DNA of 64,000 nt from Promethearchaeia archaeon (GTDB lineage: Archaea; Asgardarchaeota; Lokiarchaeia; Sigyniarchaeales; SOKP01): the NCBI GenBank assembly GCA_046483985.1, contig JAWOCD010000004.1, positions 1 through 64,000 on the forward strand. The letters run 5' to 3'. Below, piece after piece: positions 51,397-61,576 of this stretch (positions are counted from its first letter, which is position 1; each line of letters begins with the position of its first letter). The translations under genes were made by a program, and so were the position numbers. A model generated the notes under the pieces. It ran no database searches. It worked only from the letters and a program-made list of their open reading frames with translations, and was not told the DNA's origin.

Positions 51397-52314
51397 CTAA
51401 TCTAAATAGCGATTCATTAATTTAAGCATTATTGCCTTTTGGAGATGTAATCTATTCTCTACTTGTTGGAACACAATGGATTTCTCAGAATCAAGAACCT
51501 CATCCGTAATTTCTAGCCCCCGATGAGCTGGTAGACAATGCATAATGTAGGGGTCCTTACCGCTGGATTTAATTAATTTCTTATTCACCTGATAAGGTTT
51601 AAAGATTGATAACCGTTTTTCCTTTTCTTCTTCTTGACCCATAGAAACAAATGTATCTGTATAAATGACATTCGCTTCTTTCACCGCTTCTTCCGGATCC
51701 TCAGTCAAGGTAAAAATGTGCATTTTTTCTTGCCCTTTTACCCAATCAATAACTTCTTGATGGGGTTGATAACTTTTAGGGGTTGCCACAGCAATAGGAA
51801 TATCAAGCATCATACATCCAAGGATTAAAGAATTACAGACATTATTTCCATCTCCGCTCCAAGAAATCTTAATATCCTCGAAAGACCCGAACTTTTCGCG
51901 GATTGTCATGAGATCAGCAAGAATCTGGCAAGGATGATATAAATCTGACAGACCATTAATAATAGGTATATTAGAAACCCCGCTCATCAGTTCGAGTGTT
52001 TTATGTTCATGGACTCTTGCCATAATCATATCCACATAAGTTGCCATAGATTTAATTTCGTCCCTTAAATCTGCTAAATGAATGTTTGTAGAGCTCCAAT
52101 CAAGATAGATTGCATCTCCTCCCAACTGATATATGCCATTTTGAAAAGAAATACGGGTCCGGGTAGACGTTTTTCGGAAAAGTAAGATAATACATTTTTC
52201 TTTTAACGTGGTTCTGAATTCTCGAGGATGTTTTTTTACATTATCCGCTAAATTTAATAAATTTACAATTGAATCTTTATCTTGAAAATCTGTAATGGTA
52301 AGCAAATGTTTCAT
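51397..52314 (-). CDS. argF: Ornithine carbamoyltransferase
   Basis: STRT, HPCQ, GDGNNV, SMG, HCLP. Confidence 0.95.
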   Translation of the reverse strand: MKHLLTITDFQDKDSIVNLLNLADNVKKHPREFRTTLKEKCIILLFRKTSTRTRISFQNGIYQLGGDAIYLDWSSTNIHLADLRDEIKSMATYVDMIMARVHEHKTLELMSGVSNIPIINGLSDLYHPCQILADLMTIREKFGSFEDIKISWSGDGNNVCNSLILGCMMLDIPIAVATPKSYQPHQEVIDWVKGQEKMHIFTLTEDPEEAVKEANVIYTDTFVSMGQEEEKEKRLSIFKPYQVNKKLIKSSGKDPYIMHCLPAHRGLEITDEVLDSEKSIVFQQVENRLHLQKAIMLKLMNRYLD

Positions 52315-52407
52315 AATTTAAACGTAAGATTTTATAATTTTTATTAATATTTATAATTTGAGAATACAAATAAACTATATTAAAGCACAAATTAATGTGA
52401 TTCAAAC

Positions 52408-53430
52408 GTGATTAAAACAAGAATTACTGAATTGTTTGATCTAAAATATCCCATTATCCAAGCTCCAATGGGACCTTTTTATACAACGGAATTATGTGTG
52501 GCCGTATCAGAGGCTGGTGGATTAGGTGTACTCAGCCATACAAATTTAATGGGAAAAAATTCAATAAAAGAAATGAAGAAAAATATCAATTATGTTATTG
52601 AGCATACCGATAAACCTTTTGGTATTAATATAAGAACCGCGCGAATGCAACCAGATGCAATCCCAATAGCAAGAATGGTTGCAAAAATGATCAATCAAAA
52701 TCCTAAAGTAAGAGAGCAATTAGTTTATGGCGTTACATCAGCGGGGTCACCACGAAAAGTTGCACGTATTTGGAAAAAAAAATGCCCTACCTTACAGCAT
52801 TTCCATGTAGCACCTGCATTATATTTAGCCCAAAAAGTGATAAATGCTGAATGTGATGGTTTGGTCGTGACTGGAATTGAAGGCGGAGGACATCAAAGTT
52901 ATGAAAAAATATCCACCTTAGTTCTTGAGCAACAAGCAGTAAGAGAGTTCCCTGATGTTCCTTTGGTTGCTTGTGGAGGGTTTGCCAGTCCTGAAGGGGT
53001 TGCAATGGGGATTGCGGGTGGTGCAGATGCAATAGCCATGGGAACCCGATTTATTACAACTAATCAGAGTGAATTTCATCAGAAATATAAGGATTTGATA
53101 TATCCCGCTTCGGCACGAGATACCCTTATAACTACTGGGGCTTTTGGACCTATAAGATTACTCAAAAATAAATATTCCTTAGAGCATGGTCAAGTATTAG
53201 CTAAGGAAGAAAAAATTGCCCAAGAAGAAAGCTTCAGTGTAGAAGAGTTACAAAAAGAAATGGAACGATATGAATTAGTGTATCGGGGAGATGTCGAAAA
53301 TGGCGCTGTTTTAGCCGGGCAAACCGTTGGTCTTATTGAGCATGCAATGGATGTCGATGATATCTTATCAACTTTTACAAAAAAGGCCGAGAAACAACTT
53401 AAACGGTCCGTTGGAAAAATTCATTCCTAA
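52408..53430 (+). CDS. Nitronate monooxygenase / FabK-like flavin oxidoreductase
   Basis: PIIQAPM, VSEAGGLG, EGGGH, MGTRF, AGQ.VGLI. Confidence 0.9.
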   Translation: MIKTRITELFDLKYPIIQAPMGPFYTTELCVAVSEAGGLGVLSHTNLMGKNSIKEMKKNINYVIEHTDKPFGINIRTARMQPDAIPIARMVAKMINQNPKVREQLVYGVTSAGSPRKVARIWKKKCPTLQHFHVAPALYLAQKVINAECDGLVVTGIEGGGHQSYEKISTLVLEQQAVREFPDVPLVACGGFASPEGVAMGIAGGADAIAMGTRFITTNQSEFHQKYKDLIYPASARDTLITTGAFGPIRLLKNKYSLEHGQVLAKEEKIAQEESFSVEELQKEMERYELVYRGDVENGAVLAGQTVGLIEHAMDVDDILSTFTKKAEKQLKRSVGKIHS

Positions 53431-53450
53431 ATTTTAATTCAAATTGAACT

Positions 53451-53681
53451 TTAATCTCTTTTGATTTTCTGTTTTTGTAAATCAGATTTATTGGCTTCCG
53501 TTTTTTGCTTTTTTCCATACACGAAATACATTACTCCCAAAGAGAGAAAATAGATAATACAAATTGCCAGCCAAAAATAGAAACCAAATGTATTTTCCGC
53601 TAGGAAAGAAGATATTGCTTTGTAAATGAAATAGATTGAGAAGAGTGATAATAACTGTATTCGAGATTTTAATTTATTCAT
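53451..53681 (-). CDS. Small 2-TM protein
   Basis: 76 aa, two hydrophobic helices, basic tail. Confidence 0.6.
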   Translation of the reverse strand: MNKLKSRIQLLSLFSIYFIYKAISSFLAENTFGFYFWLAICIIYFLSLGVMYFVYGKKQKTEANKSDLQKQKIKRD

Positions 53682-53784
53682 TGTTTTGAGTTGATTTAAT
53701 AACTATTTTTATATTAGATAAAGAATAAATAAAATTAAAACTAATTAATTATAAATAAGATAAAGATATAGTGCTAAATTTATT

Positions 53785-53991
53785 ATGCCTAAAGAACCTC
53801 CTTTTTGTGTCATATGTGAGAAGGATTTTACTGAAAAGTTGGATCAACTTCACTACTGCATCTTCGATAAAGCAGTTTGCCGAGATTGCCTTAATTCTGT
53901 CAGAAAGAATGACAAAATGTGGATTTGTCCAGTTTGCCAAGCTGAAAATGATATAAAATCCACCGAGTTATTTAAGAATGCAGAAAGATAA
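53785..53991 (+). CDS. Stand-alone RING-finger-like protein
   Basis: CVIC...HYC.....CRDC...WICPVC. Confidence 0.65.
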   Translation: MPKEPPFCVICEKDFTEKLDQLHYCIFDKAVCRDCLNSVRKNDKMWICPVCQAENDIKSTELFKNAER

Positions 53992-54157
53992 TATTTATGC
54001 AATAAGTTTACAAAAGAAACAAATCATTCAAAATCAATAGATCATTATACCAATATATAGAAACGATGATGAAATAAACTCATAATATGATTTACCATGT
54101 AAAGATGATTGATATAAGAGGAAGTCTGAGTTTCTAGCTATCTTGAGGTGGACCCCA

Positions 54158-54652
54158 ATGAAAAAAATTTCAAAAGTTTTAGAAATAGATAATTGTCCCA
54201 CAGATGTTCTTTTAAAAGTAATTTATGAACCCAAGTTCTGGGAAGAAATTAGTCCAGTTAGCGAAATCCATGTAAAAAATACAGCACCTAATGTAATTTT
54301 CAGTCAAATTACGGACCATATTAAATATATCAATTTCCCTTTAGAGATGGAGGGAGAATTGGTAATGGTAGATAAAGGAAAACAGAAAGGAAAAGGTAAT
54401 TTAATTGAATTTAATGTGCGAAATAATAAAGACGTCAAGAAATTAGAAGGAAGACTACGTATTAAAGCATTGGGTCCAGATAAATCTAAAGTAGGGATTT
54501 TTATCGTTAATTTCTTATTAGAAAATAGTTTTGTGGAATTACTCGGCAGAGATCTAGCAGAAATGATTCTAAGGAGGAAAATTTCCGGCTTGCTAAGAGG
54601 AGTCGAGCAATACTGCAGAAATAGTAATTTAAAAGATTTAAATTATGATTAA
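54158..54652 (+). CDS. SRPBCC/START (CoxG-like) fold protein
   Basis: N-terminal strand then P..FW..ISP; alternating beta strands; C-terminal amphipathic helix. Confidence 0.5.
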   Translation: MKKISKVLEIDNCPTDVLLKVIYEPKFWEEISPVSEIHVKNTAPNVIFSQITDHIKYINFPLEMEGELVMVDKGKQKGKGNLIEFNVRNNKDVKKLEGRLRIKALGPDKSKVGIFIVNFLLENSFVELLGRDLAEMILRRKISGLLRGVEQYCRNSNLKDLNYD

Positions 54653-54735
54653 AAGAATTTTTAAAAGTATAAAATATTATAATAGTATAATTAATCTCAT
54701 AGATTCTCCATTTATCCAAGATTTGGTGAAAAACA

Positions 54736-55572
54736 ATAAACATATGGATACTTGATTCAGATTCGGGAGTAACATTGTTATATAAAGCTCATTTAGATAT
54801 CTCTATAAATGAAGATCTTGTTTCGGGGTTATTGACTGCACTAAACCAATTTACGATCGTAGAGTTAAAGCAGCCAATAGAATCAATTGAGATGGGAGGT
54901 CTTCGGTGGGTCTATTTAGGACCTACGGAAAACAAGCTTCTTTTTATCGCCGCCGACACGAAAGATGTTGATGCTAAAATCTTAAAATCTCGATTGGAAG
55001 TAATAAAGCAAGCATTTATTGATAAATATATTGAAAATGGAGCATGGAAAGAAGAATTTGATGGGAATACGGAACGTTTCAAACCATTCAAAGATTTAAT
55101 CGATGAATATTATAGTCAATGGTTAGCTGCCGATAAAGTTTCCACGATTGCTGAGTTTTTTGATCTTTTAGGTATTTTCCAACAGATTTTGAATTTAATT
55201 CAAAATATATTAGTAAAAGTAGATGATCCAATGGTGTTTCATAGATTAGATACATTTTTTGAGCATTTTTCAAGGAGACCCGTGATTTTAGAGAACCAAG
55301 AACTGCAAAAGATAAATTTTGATAAGAATTCAGGGTTTAATATCATAACTATAAACCCAAATAATTGCGATATGATTGTGGTTGAGAAACAATTAGTATA
55401 TCTTCTCCGTCAAACAGTAAATATTATAAAATATTCATTAGGTCACGTAGATAGTCTGAATTATTTCTTAGAAGAGAACATTTTTGATTATATTTTAAAC
55501 AACATCGACTTGCTTAGTTCCTTAAATTTAGATAAATTTCTATTGCGACTGTTTCTTACTAAATCGGATTAG
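54736..55572 (+). CDS. Longin-like domain protein
   Basis: INIWILDSDSG.TLLY...DLVSGLLTALNQF...IESIEMGG..WVY; frame open from 54730, start uncertain (ATA 54736 or TTG 54775). Confidence 0.7.
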   Translation: MNIWILDSDSGVTLLYKAHLDISINEDLVSGLLTALNQFTIVELKQPIESIEMGGLRWVYLGPTENKLLFIAADTKDVDAKILKSRLEVIKQAFIDKYIENGAWKEEFDGNTERFKPFKDLIDEYYSQWLAADKVSTIAEFFDLLGIFQQILNLIQNILVKVDDPMVFHRLDTFFEHFSRRPVILENQELQKINFDKNSGFNIITINPNNCDMIVVEKQLVYLLRQTVNIIKYSLGHVDSLNYFLEENIFDYILNNIDLLSSLNLDKFLLRLFLTKSD

Positions 55573-55719
55573 GATTTGAAAAAATTTAATCCAGTTAACC
55601 AAATATTCCAATGATAAGTTTATAACGAGGCAAAAGTTAGATTTATTAAATTAATTAAATTATTCATACTTACTAGATTGGATAACTAATACTCCCATGG
55701 CTTTCAAGAAGGTTTTAAA

Positions 55720-57015
55720 ATGAATCCTACTCTCTTGATATTAATTTTCATCATTTTTGCATTTATTATTATCAGTTATATGATAGAAAAATTAGATTTT
55801 GTGGCAATTTCCCTTTTAGGCTGTTTTATCGCAGCAACTATTACTGGGATAAGTCAGAGCTTGCAGATTCAAACGTTTATATCCTTCATCGAATGGGAGG
55901 CAATTATAATTATATTGAGCATGAGTATCATTACAAAAATTGCCCAAGATTCCAACGTGTTGGAATATATTGCGGTTAAAATGTTTAAAGTTTCGAAAGG
56001 GAATCAGAGAATCTTCTTTTATCTGCTCTGTATTCTTTCAACGCTTTTAGCTTCAATTATAAGCGATGTAGTCGTAGTTCTTATTTTAGCTCCAGTCGTT
56101 ATCAGACTCTGTCATTTTCTTAAAATTAGAGCGGGAACTTACCTCTTAGGAATGACAGTCTGCATTAATATCGGTTCGATTATCACTCCATTTTCAAGTG
56201 GAGAGAATATTATTATTTCCACATACTTTAATATAGGTACGAGTTATTTCTTTCAATATTATTGGATTTTTGCATTTTCCCTTCTTTTTCTTACCACTTT
56301 TCTCCTTGACGCTAAAATGCTAAGTAAAGAACCGAAAATTGAGGCTCAACAAAAATCCTTCGTGTTAGAGTTAGTTGATGCTGATGTTATGATTAAAAAC
56401 AAATTTATCTTTTATTTTAACAGCATCGCAATCATAATCACAGTTATTCTTTTTGTGATTTTACCGTATCTTTATCTTACAGCTGCTATTTCCGCACTGA
56501 TCCTTGTTTTAGTGAATCAGCGGTATACGAACAATAAAATGAGTGATATCTTACAGGATATTGAATGGGAAATCATTTTCTTTTTTATCTCTTTATACGT
56601 GGTGGTAGGCTGTTTACTGGAAGCAGGCTTTCAAGAAATTATTTCAACATTTCCGTTCGCGGATTTTAATCTATTTTTCTTAAGTTTAATTATTTTATTG
56701 AGTGTAAGCTTTTTATCAGGCGCTGTGGCGAATACTCCTACCGCTTTAATCTTTATTCCTATTGTGGGCACTTTAATTGACTTAGGATTTGCACCCATTC
56801 CACTCCTTTTTGCCTTTATAATTGGTATTAATTTAGGGGGTAATTTCTTACCTCAAGGCGCTGCTTGCGATATGATGACCCTTAAAATCGCCCAAGATAG
56901 CGGCGTGGAGAATTTTGATAAAAAACGATTAATTAAATACGGTGGAGCTTATGCAATATTCCACTTGGTTTCATCTATTGGATATCTTTTATTGTTGGTT
57001 TTTTTCTTTGGATAA
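55720..57015 (+). CDS. SLC13 / ArsB / NhaD-type permease
   Basis: NIGSIITP, EWEIIFFF, SG.V.NTP, NLGGNFLP.GA; ~12 TM. Confidence 0.88.
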   Translation: MNPTLLILIFIIFAFIIISYMIEKLDFVAISLLGCFIAATITGISQSLQIQTFISFIEWEAIIIILSMSIITKIAQDSNVLEYIAVKMFKVSKGNQRIFFYLLCILSTLLASIISDVVVVLILAPVVIRLCHFLKIRAGTYLLGMTVCINIGSIITPFSSGENIIISTYFNIGTSYFFQYYWIFAFSLLFLTTFLLDAKMLSKEPKIEAQQKSFVLELVDADVMIKNKFIFYFNSIAIIITVILFVILPYLYLTAAISALILVLVNQRYTNNKMSDILQDIEWEIIFFFISLYVVVGCLLEAGFQEIISTFPFADFNLFFLSLIILLSVSFLSGAVANTPTALIFIPIVGTLIDLGFAPIPLLFAFIIGINLGGNFLPQGAACDMMTLKIAQDSGVENFDKKRLIKYGGAYAIFHLVSSIGYLLLLVFFFG

Positions 57016-57045
57016 AATAAAGAAAAAAAATACGTTTTCAAAAAT

Positions 57046-58239
57046 TTATTTTTGATATTTCTTCCACTTTTTTTCTAAGTCGGGCTTCTTAAGCATCTCA
57101 AGTAAATATTCCGTAAACTGGGCACCCGTTGCTCCTGTTGATCTTCCCGTTAATTCGAATCGTTTTTCATAGGAAGAACAGATATCCAGCGCCATATCTA
57201 ATTTTTTTGCTTTCTTATTAAAATTGATATGTTCTAACATTAAGACTACTGCACGGATTAGACTGGAAGGGTCTGCATATTTCGCACGTCCTTCACGGAC
57301 CATTCGAGGGGCTGACCCATGAATAGCCTCAAACATAGCATAGCGCTTTCCAATGTTGGAGCTACCAGCTGTACCTACGCCTCCTTGCATCTGCGCCGCC
57401 TCATCAGTAATAATATCTCCGTAGAGATTTGGAGCGACAAATACACGAAATTGTGATTGCCGTTTTGGATCAATTAACTTTGCAGTCATAATATCGATAT
57501 ACCAATCGTCCCATTCCACTTCGGGATAATCTTTTGCTACTTTTTCTGCCATGGCAAGGAATTTTCCATCGGTTGCTTTCACCACATTTGCTTTTGTCAC
57601 CACCGTCACCCGATTTATATCATTTTTATTTGCATAGTCAAAAGCCAGCCGAATAATTCTCTCCGCTCCCTGAGCGGTAATTACCTTAAAATCAACTGCA
57701 AGATCATCGGTAACGTTAATCCCTTGGGAACCTAACACGTACGCACCTTCTGTGTTTTCTCTGAAAAACATCCAATCGATATTTTTTTCCGGTACTTTCA
57801 CGGGGCGAATATTTGCAAATAAATCTAGCTCTCGACGCATAGTTACGTTTGCGCTTTCGATATTTGGCCACTTATCGCCTTTTCTCGGCGTCGTGGTGGG
57901 CCCTTTCAATATAACATGACATTTTTTAATTTCTTTGAGCACCTCATCCGGGATTGCCTTGCCTATCTTTGCCCGATTTTCAATCGTTAACCCCTTTATC
58001 TCTCTTAACTCTACCTTCCCACTCTTAATTTCATCTTCTAACAATAAATCAAGCACTTTTTTGGCATGTTTGCTAATTATCGGTCCGATTCCGTCTCCTC
58101 CTACTATTCCAATGATTAGTGGTTCCAATTCTTCGTACTTTATCCAATCTTTCTCACTTTTTAGCCTTTCGACTCGGGATAACTGGTCCTTAACCAAGGT
58201 TTTAAAATGTTTCACGGCTTCATTAATCTCTTTTTCCAT
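57046..58239 (-). CDS. Isocitrate/isopropylmalate dehydrogenase family
   Basis: GDGIGP, KGP.TTP, RENTEG, KANV, NLYGDI.TD, FEAIHGSAP. Confidence 0.93.
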   Translation of the reverse strand: MEKEINEAVKHFKTLVKDQLSRVERLKSEKDWIKYEELEPLIIGIVGGDGIGPIISKHAKKVLDLLLEDEIKSGKVELREIKGLTIENRAKIGKAIPDEVLKEIKKCHVILKGPTTTPRKGDKWPNIESANVTMRRELDLFANIRPVKVPEKNIDWMFFRENTEGAYVLGSQGINVTDDLAVDFKVITAQGAERIIRLAFDYANKNDINRVTVVTKANVVKATDGKFLAMAEKVAKDYPEVEWDDWYIDIMTAKLIDPKRQSQFRVFVAPNLYGDIITDEAAQMQGGVGTAGSSNIGKRYAMFEAIHGSAPRMVREGRAKYADPSSLIRAVVLMLEHINFNKKAKKLDMALDICSSYEKRFELTGRSTGATGAQFTEYLLEMLKKPDLEKKWKKYQK

Positions 58240-58438
58240 AATTGACTCACATAAACTTTATTTTGAATCGTGTTTTGAAAAAATTTGTTCTCCACACTTT
58301 TTAATTATATATACAAAATTCACCTAAAAAGATAAATTTTCAGTCGTCTCTTAATGCTTATAAACAATTTGAATCATTGAGTCTAATTTACTGGGGAAAA
58401 AAACAAAAAAGAAAAAAGCTCAAAAATAGTAGCTAAAG

Positions 58439-59698
58439 TTAGAGCCAACCACGGAGTTTCATAGCATCAATAACTCGTTCAATCGAGATAATGTATGCAC
58501 CCATCCTGTTATTTGATTCATACTCCCTAGCTGCTTCCACTGTACTTTTATAGGCTTTGGTCATAGTGTTATCTAACGCCTCAAACACTTCTTTTTCTGA
58601 CCAGAAATAATGATAATAACCTTGTACCATTTCAAAATAACTTACAGTCACTCCTCCCGCATTACATAAGAAATCGGGGATTACAGAAATTCCCTTTTCA
58701 AATAAAGTTTCGTCTGCTGCCGGAGTAGTTGGACCGTTGGCAAGTTCAGCAACCACTTTTGCCTTAACATTATCGGCATTTTTCTTCGTGATCACATTTT
58801 CTAAGGCAGCAGGAATTAAGAAATCACACTCTAACTCGAGCAATTCTGCATTAGTTATTTTCTCCGTTCCCAGAGTTCCAACCACGGTGGAGGTGTCTTT
58901 TTTGTGTTCAAACGCTTTATGAGGGTTAAAACCCTCCTTGTTTAAAATCGCGCCTTGGGTATCAGAGGCGGCAATGATATCACATCCATATTTGTCATAT
59001 AAGATTCGTGCAGCGTGAGAACCAGCATTTCCATACCCTTGAATTGCAACTTTTGCCCCGTTTAAATTTATACCTAAATCTTTTGCTGCTTCCCGTATAC
59101 AAAAGGTTCCTCCTTTTGCTGTTGCGACAGAACGTCCAGCACTACCTCCCAACTCTAAAGGCTTACCAGTGATAACAGAGGGCGTATGAACTCTTTTAAT
59201 TTTTTCATATTCATCCATCATCCATGCCATTATTTGAGGGGTCGTATACACATCGGGAGCCGGAACATCGATATTAGGGCCGATAAAATCCGCTACTTTT
59301 TGAATGTACGCACGAGCTAAGTGTTCCAATTCATTTTTGCTCATTTCCTTTGGATTACAAATAATTCCTCCTTTTGCTCCTCCAAGCGGAATATCGACAC
59401 ACGCACATTTCCATGTCATCCATGCAGATAATGCTTTTACCAGACTCGCATTTTCATCGGGATGCCATCTAATTCCCCCTTTCATAGGACCTCGGGCTGA
59501 GTTATATTGACATCTGAATCCCTTATAAGTTCTTAAGGTGCCATCATCTAAGCGGGACGTAATTTTAACTTCAATGAATCTCTCCGGTTCACTTAATGCT
59601 GCATAATAATATCGGTCATGACCCATAAGTTTAAGTGCCTTATATAGCTGTTTCTGCGAAATATCGAACGGATCTAGATTTTCCTCTTCTTCCATCAT
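58439..59698 (-). CDS. gdhA: Glutamate dehydrogenase
   Basis: KGGIR, MTWK, GGAKGG, DVPAPD, GYGNAG, ANGP, NAGGVTVSYFE. Confidence 0.96.
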   Translation of the reverse strand: MMEEEENLDPFDISQKQLYKALKLMGHDRYYYAALSEPERFIEVKITSRLDDGTLRTYKGFRCQYNSARGPMKGGIRWHPDENASLVKALSAWMTWKCACVDIPLGGAKGGIICNPKEMSKNELEHLARAYIQKVADFIGPNIDVPAPDVYTTPQIMAWMMDEYEKIKRVHTPSVITGKPLELGGSAGRSVATAKGGTFCIREAAKDLGINLNGAKVAIQGYGNAGSHAARILYDKYGCDIIAASDTQGAILNKEGFNPHKAFEHKKDTSTVVGTLGTEKITNAELLELECDFLIPAALENVITKKNADNVKAKVVAELANGPTTPAADETLFEKGISVIPDFLCNAGGVTVSYFEMVQGYYHYFWSEKEVFEALDNTMTKAYKSTVEAAREYESNNRMGAYIISIERVIDAMKLRGWL

Positions 59699-60160
59699 CT
59701 TTATTATGTAAAATTTTCTAAAGTATAATTTGTTTGAAGAGTATAATTAAAATAACCAATATATACTTGTTCATATTATACAAATATAACTAATATAACC
59801 AATATAATAGAAGTCGAAAAATATCTATTTGATTACTAATCAGCATTTTAATTTATATCCTAAAATCTATATGTTTTAAGGCAAAATGAAACTTCCTCCA
59901 TAAATAAGTGCAAAAGTCATATAAAGAGGTATAATCCAGAAAACCAATTTATGGGATGCCGATTCATTTTTTAATCTCTTAGGTAAAATTTTAAAGTAAA
60001 ATAAAATCTCAATAAATAGATTAGATTGAAAGAAGAGAAGTGCCTATTTAAGCCTTGTGTAAGACAAATTGAAAGTGAAGCAAAATATTAAGTATTCGTG
60101 CATATATCTAAGCATTCCCCAATCTACGAAAATGGTTAGTTTTTCACTTGTTCCAAAGAT

Positions 60161-61576
60161 TCATTTGGTTTTTTTTATATCCATATCAATGGCCCTTGCC
60201 GCTTTTCTTCCAGCGCCCATGGCAGAGATTACCGTAGCACCACCAGTGACAATATCGCCTCCCGCATAAATCCCTTCAAGATTGGTCCGTCCCATCTCAT
60301 CCGTTTCGATATATCCCCATTTGTTTGTTTTTAATTCGGGATAAGTGGAAGTTAATAGAGGATTGGCATTATTTCCAATTGCCACGATCACCAGATCGGT
60401 CTCTATTTTAAACTCAGAGCCTTCAATCGGTATCGGTCGTGGACGTCCAGATTTGTCGGGTTCTCCCAATCGCATTTTAATCACTTCCATTTGCTCAACG
60501 TGTTTGTTCTCATTTCCAATAAAGCGAACAGGGTTTCTTAGTAGGCGAAAACAAACACCTTCGTCCTCCGCATGATGGATTTCCTCCTCACGGGCAGGCA
60601 TCTGTTCTCTTCCACGTCTATAGACAATGGTAACCGAATTAGCCCCAGTTCGAAGGGCCGAACGAGCGGAATCCATGGCAACATTCCCACCGCCAATTAC
60701 GGTGACATTCCTCCCTTTCACGAGAGGAGTATGATACTTCGGAAATTTAAATCCTTTCATCAGATTAACCCGTGTGAGGTATTCATTCGCTGATACCACA
60801 CCACTTAGATTTCTCCCTGGCAATCTTAAAAATCGAGGGGTGCCCGCACCAATCCCAAGAAAGATGGCTTGATTTCCCATCTCCTTCAAATCATCGATAG
60901 TCAAAATTTTGCCTATCACCATGTTGTATTTGAACTTGACTCCCATCATTTTTAGTGTTTCCACTTCATCTTCTACAATGGCTTTCGGTAAGCGAAATTC
61001 GGGAATACCATACGCTAACACCCCTCCCGCTTTATGAAATGCTTCATAGACAGTTACGTCATATCCTTTTCGGGCAAGGTCTGCCGCACAAGTTAATCCA
61101 GCAGGTCCAGACCCTACAACTGCCACCCTAATACCGTTTGGTGGTTGACAGTCGGGACATGACTTTACCATGTGTTCTCGCTCCCAGTCCGCTAAAAATC
61201 GTTCCAAATTCCCAATTGCAATAGGTTCAAATCGCTTTCCCATAACACATTTCCCTTCACATTGGTCTTCTTGCGGGCATACTCGTCCGCAAATGGCGGG
61301 TAAAAGATTGTAATCCTTGATGCAATTAATTGCTGATACAAAGTCGTGTTCCTTGATTTGTTTTATGAATGTGGGAATATCAATATCTACGGGGCATCCT
61401 TCAATACATAAGGGTTTTCCACATTGTAAACACCGGTTTGCCTCTCTTATAGATGTTTCCTCGCTATAGCCTAAATTTACTTCATGGAAATTCTTGATCC
61501 GTAATTTGGGATCTTGTTCGGGCATTTCTCGGCGCAATTTCTTCACTTTTTTACCATTCTTGGTTTCGTTATTCAT
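60161..61576 (-). CDS. nfnB: NfnB / GltD-like NADPH-dependent oxidoreductase subunit
   Basis: RCLQC..P.C..GCP, CGRVCPQ..QCE..C, GSGPAG, GGGNVAMD, GGDIVTG. Confidence 0.88.
   Translation of the reverse strand: MNNETKNGKKVKKLRREMPEQDPKLRIKNFHEVNLGYSEETSIREANRCLQCGKPLCIEGCPVDIDIPTFIKQIKEHDFVSAINCIKDYNLLPAICGRVCPQEDQCEGKCVMGKRFEPIAIGNLERFLADWEREHMVKSCPDCQPPNGIRVAVVGSGPAGLTCAADLARKGYDVTVYEAFHKAGGVLAYGIPEFRLPKAIVEDEVETLKMMGVKFKYNMVIGKILTIDDLKEMGNQAIFLGIGAGTPRFLRLPGRNLSGVVSANEYLTRVNLMKGFKFPKYHTPLVKGRNVTVIGGGNVAMDSARSALRTGANSVTIVYRRGREQMPAREEEIHHAEDEGVCFRLLRNPVRFIGNENKHVEQMEVIKMRLGEPDKSGRPRPIPIEGSEFKIETDLVIVAIGNNANPLLTSTYPELKTNKWGYIETDEMGRTNLEGIYAGGDIVTGGATVISAMGAGRKAARAIDMDIKKTK

Noticed and set aside
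1056-60793. Numerous 60-150-aa ORFs overlapping long genes in the ORF track
   Set aside because: Antisense or off-frame shadows of well-supported CDSs, with no motifs.
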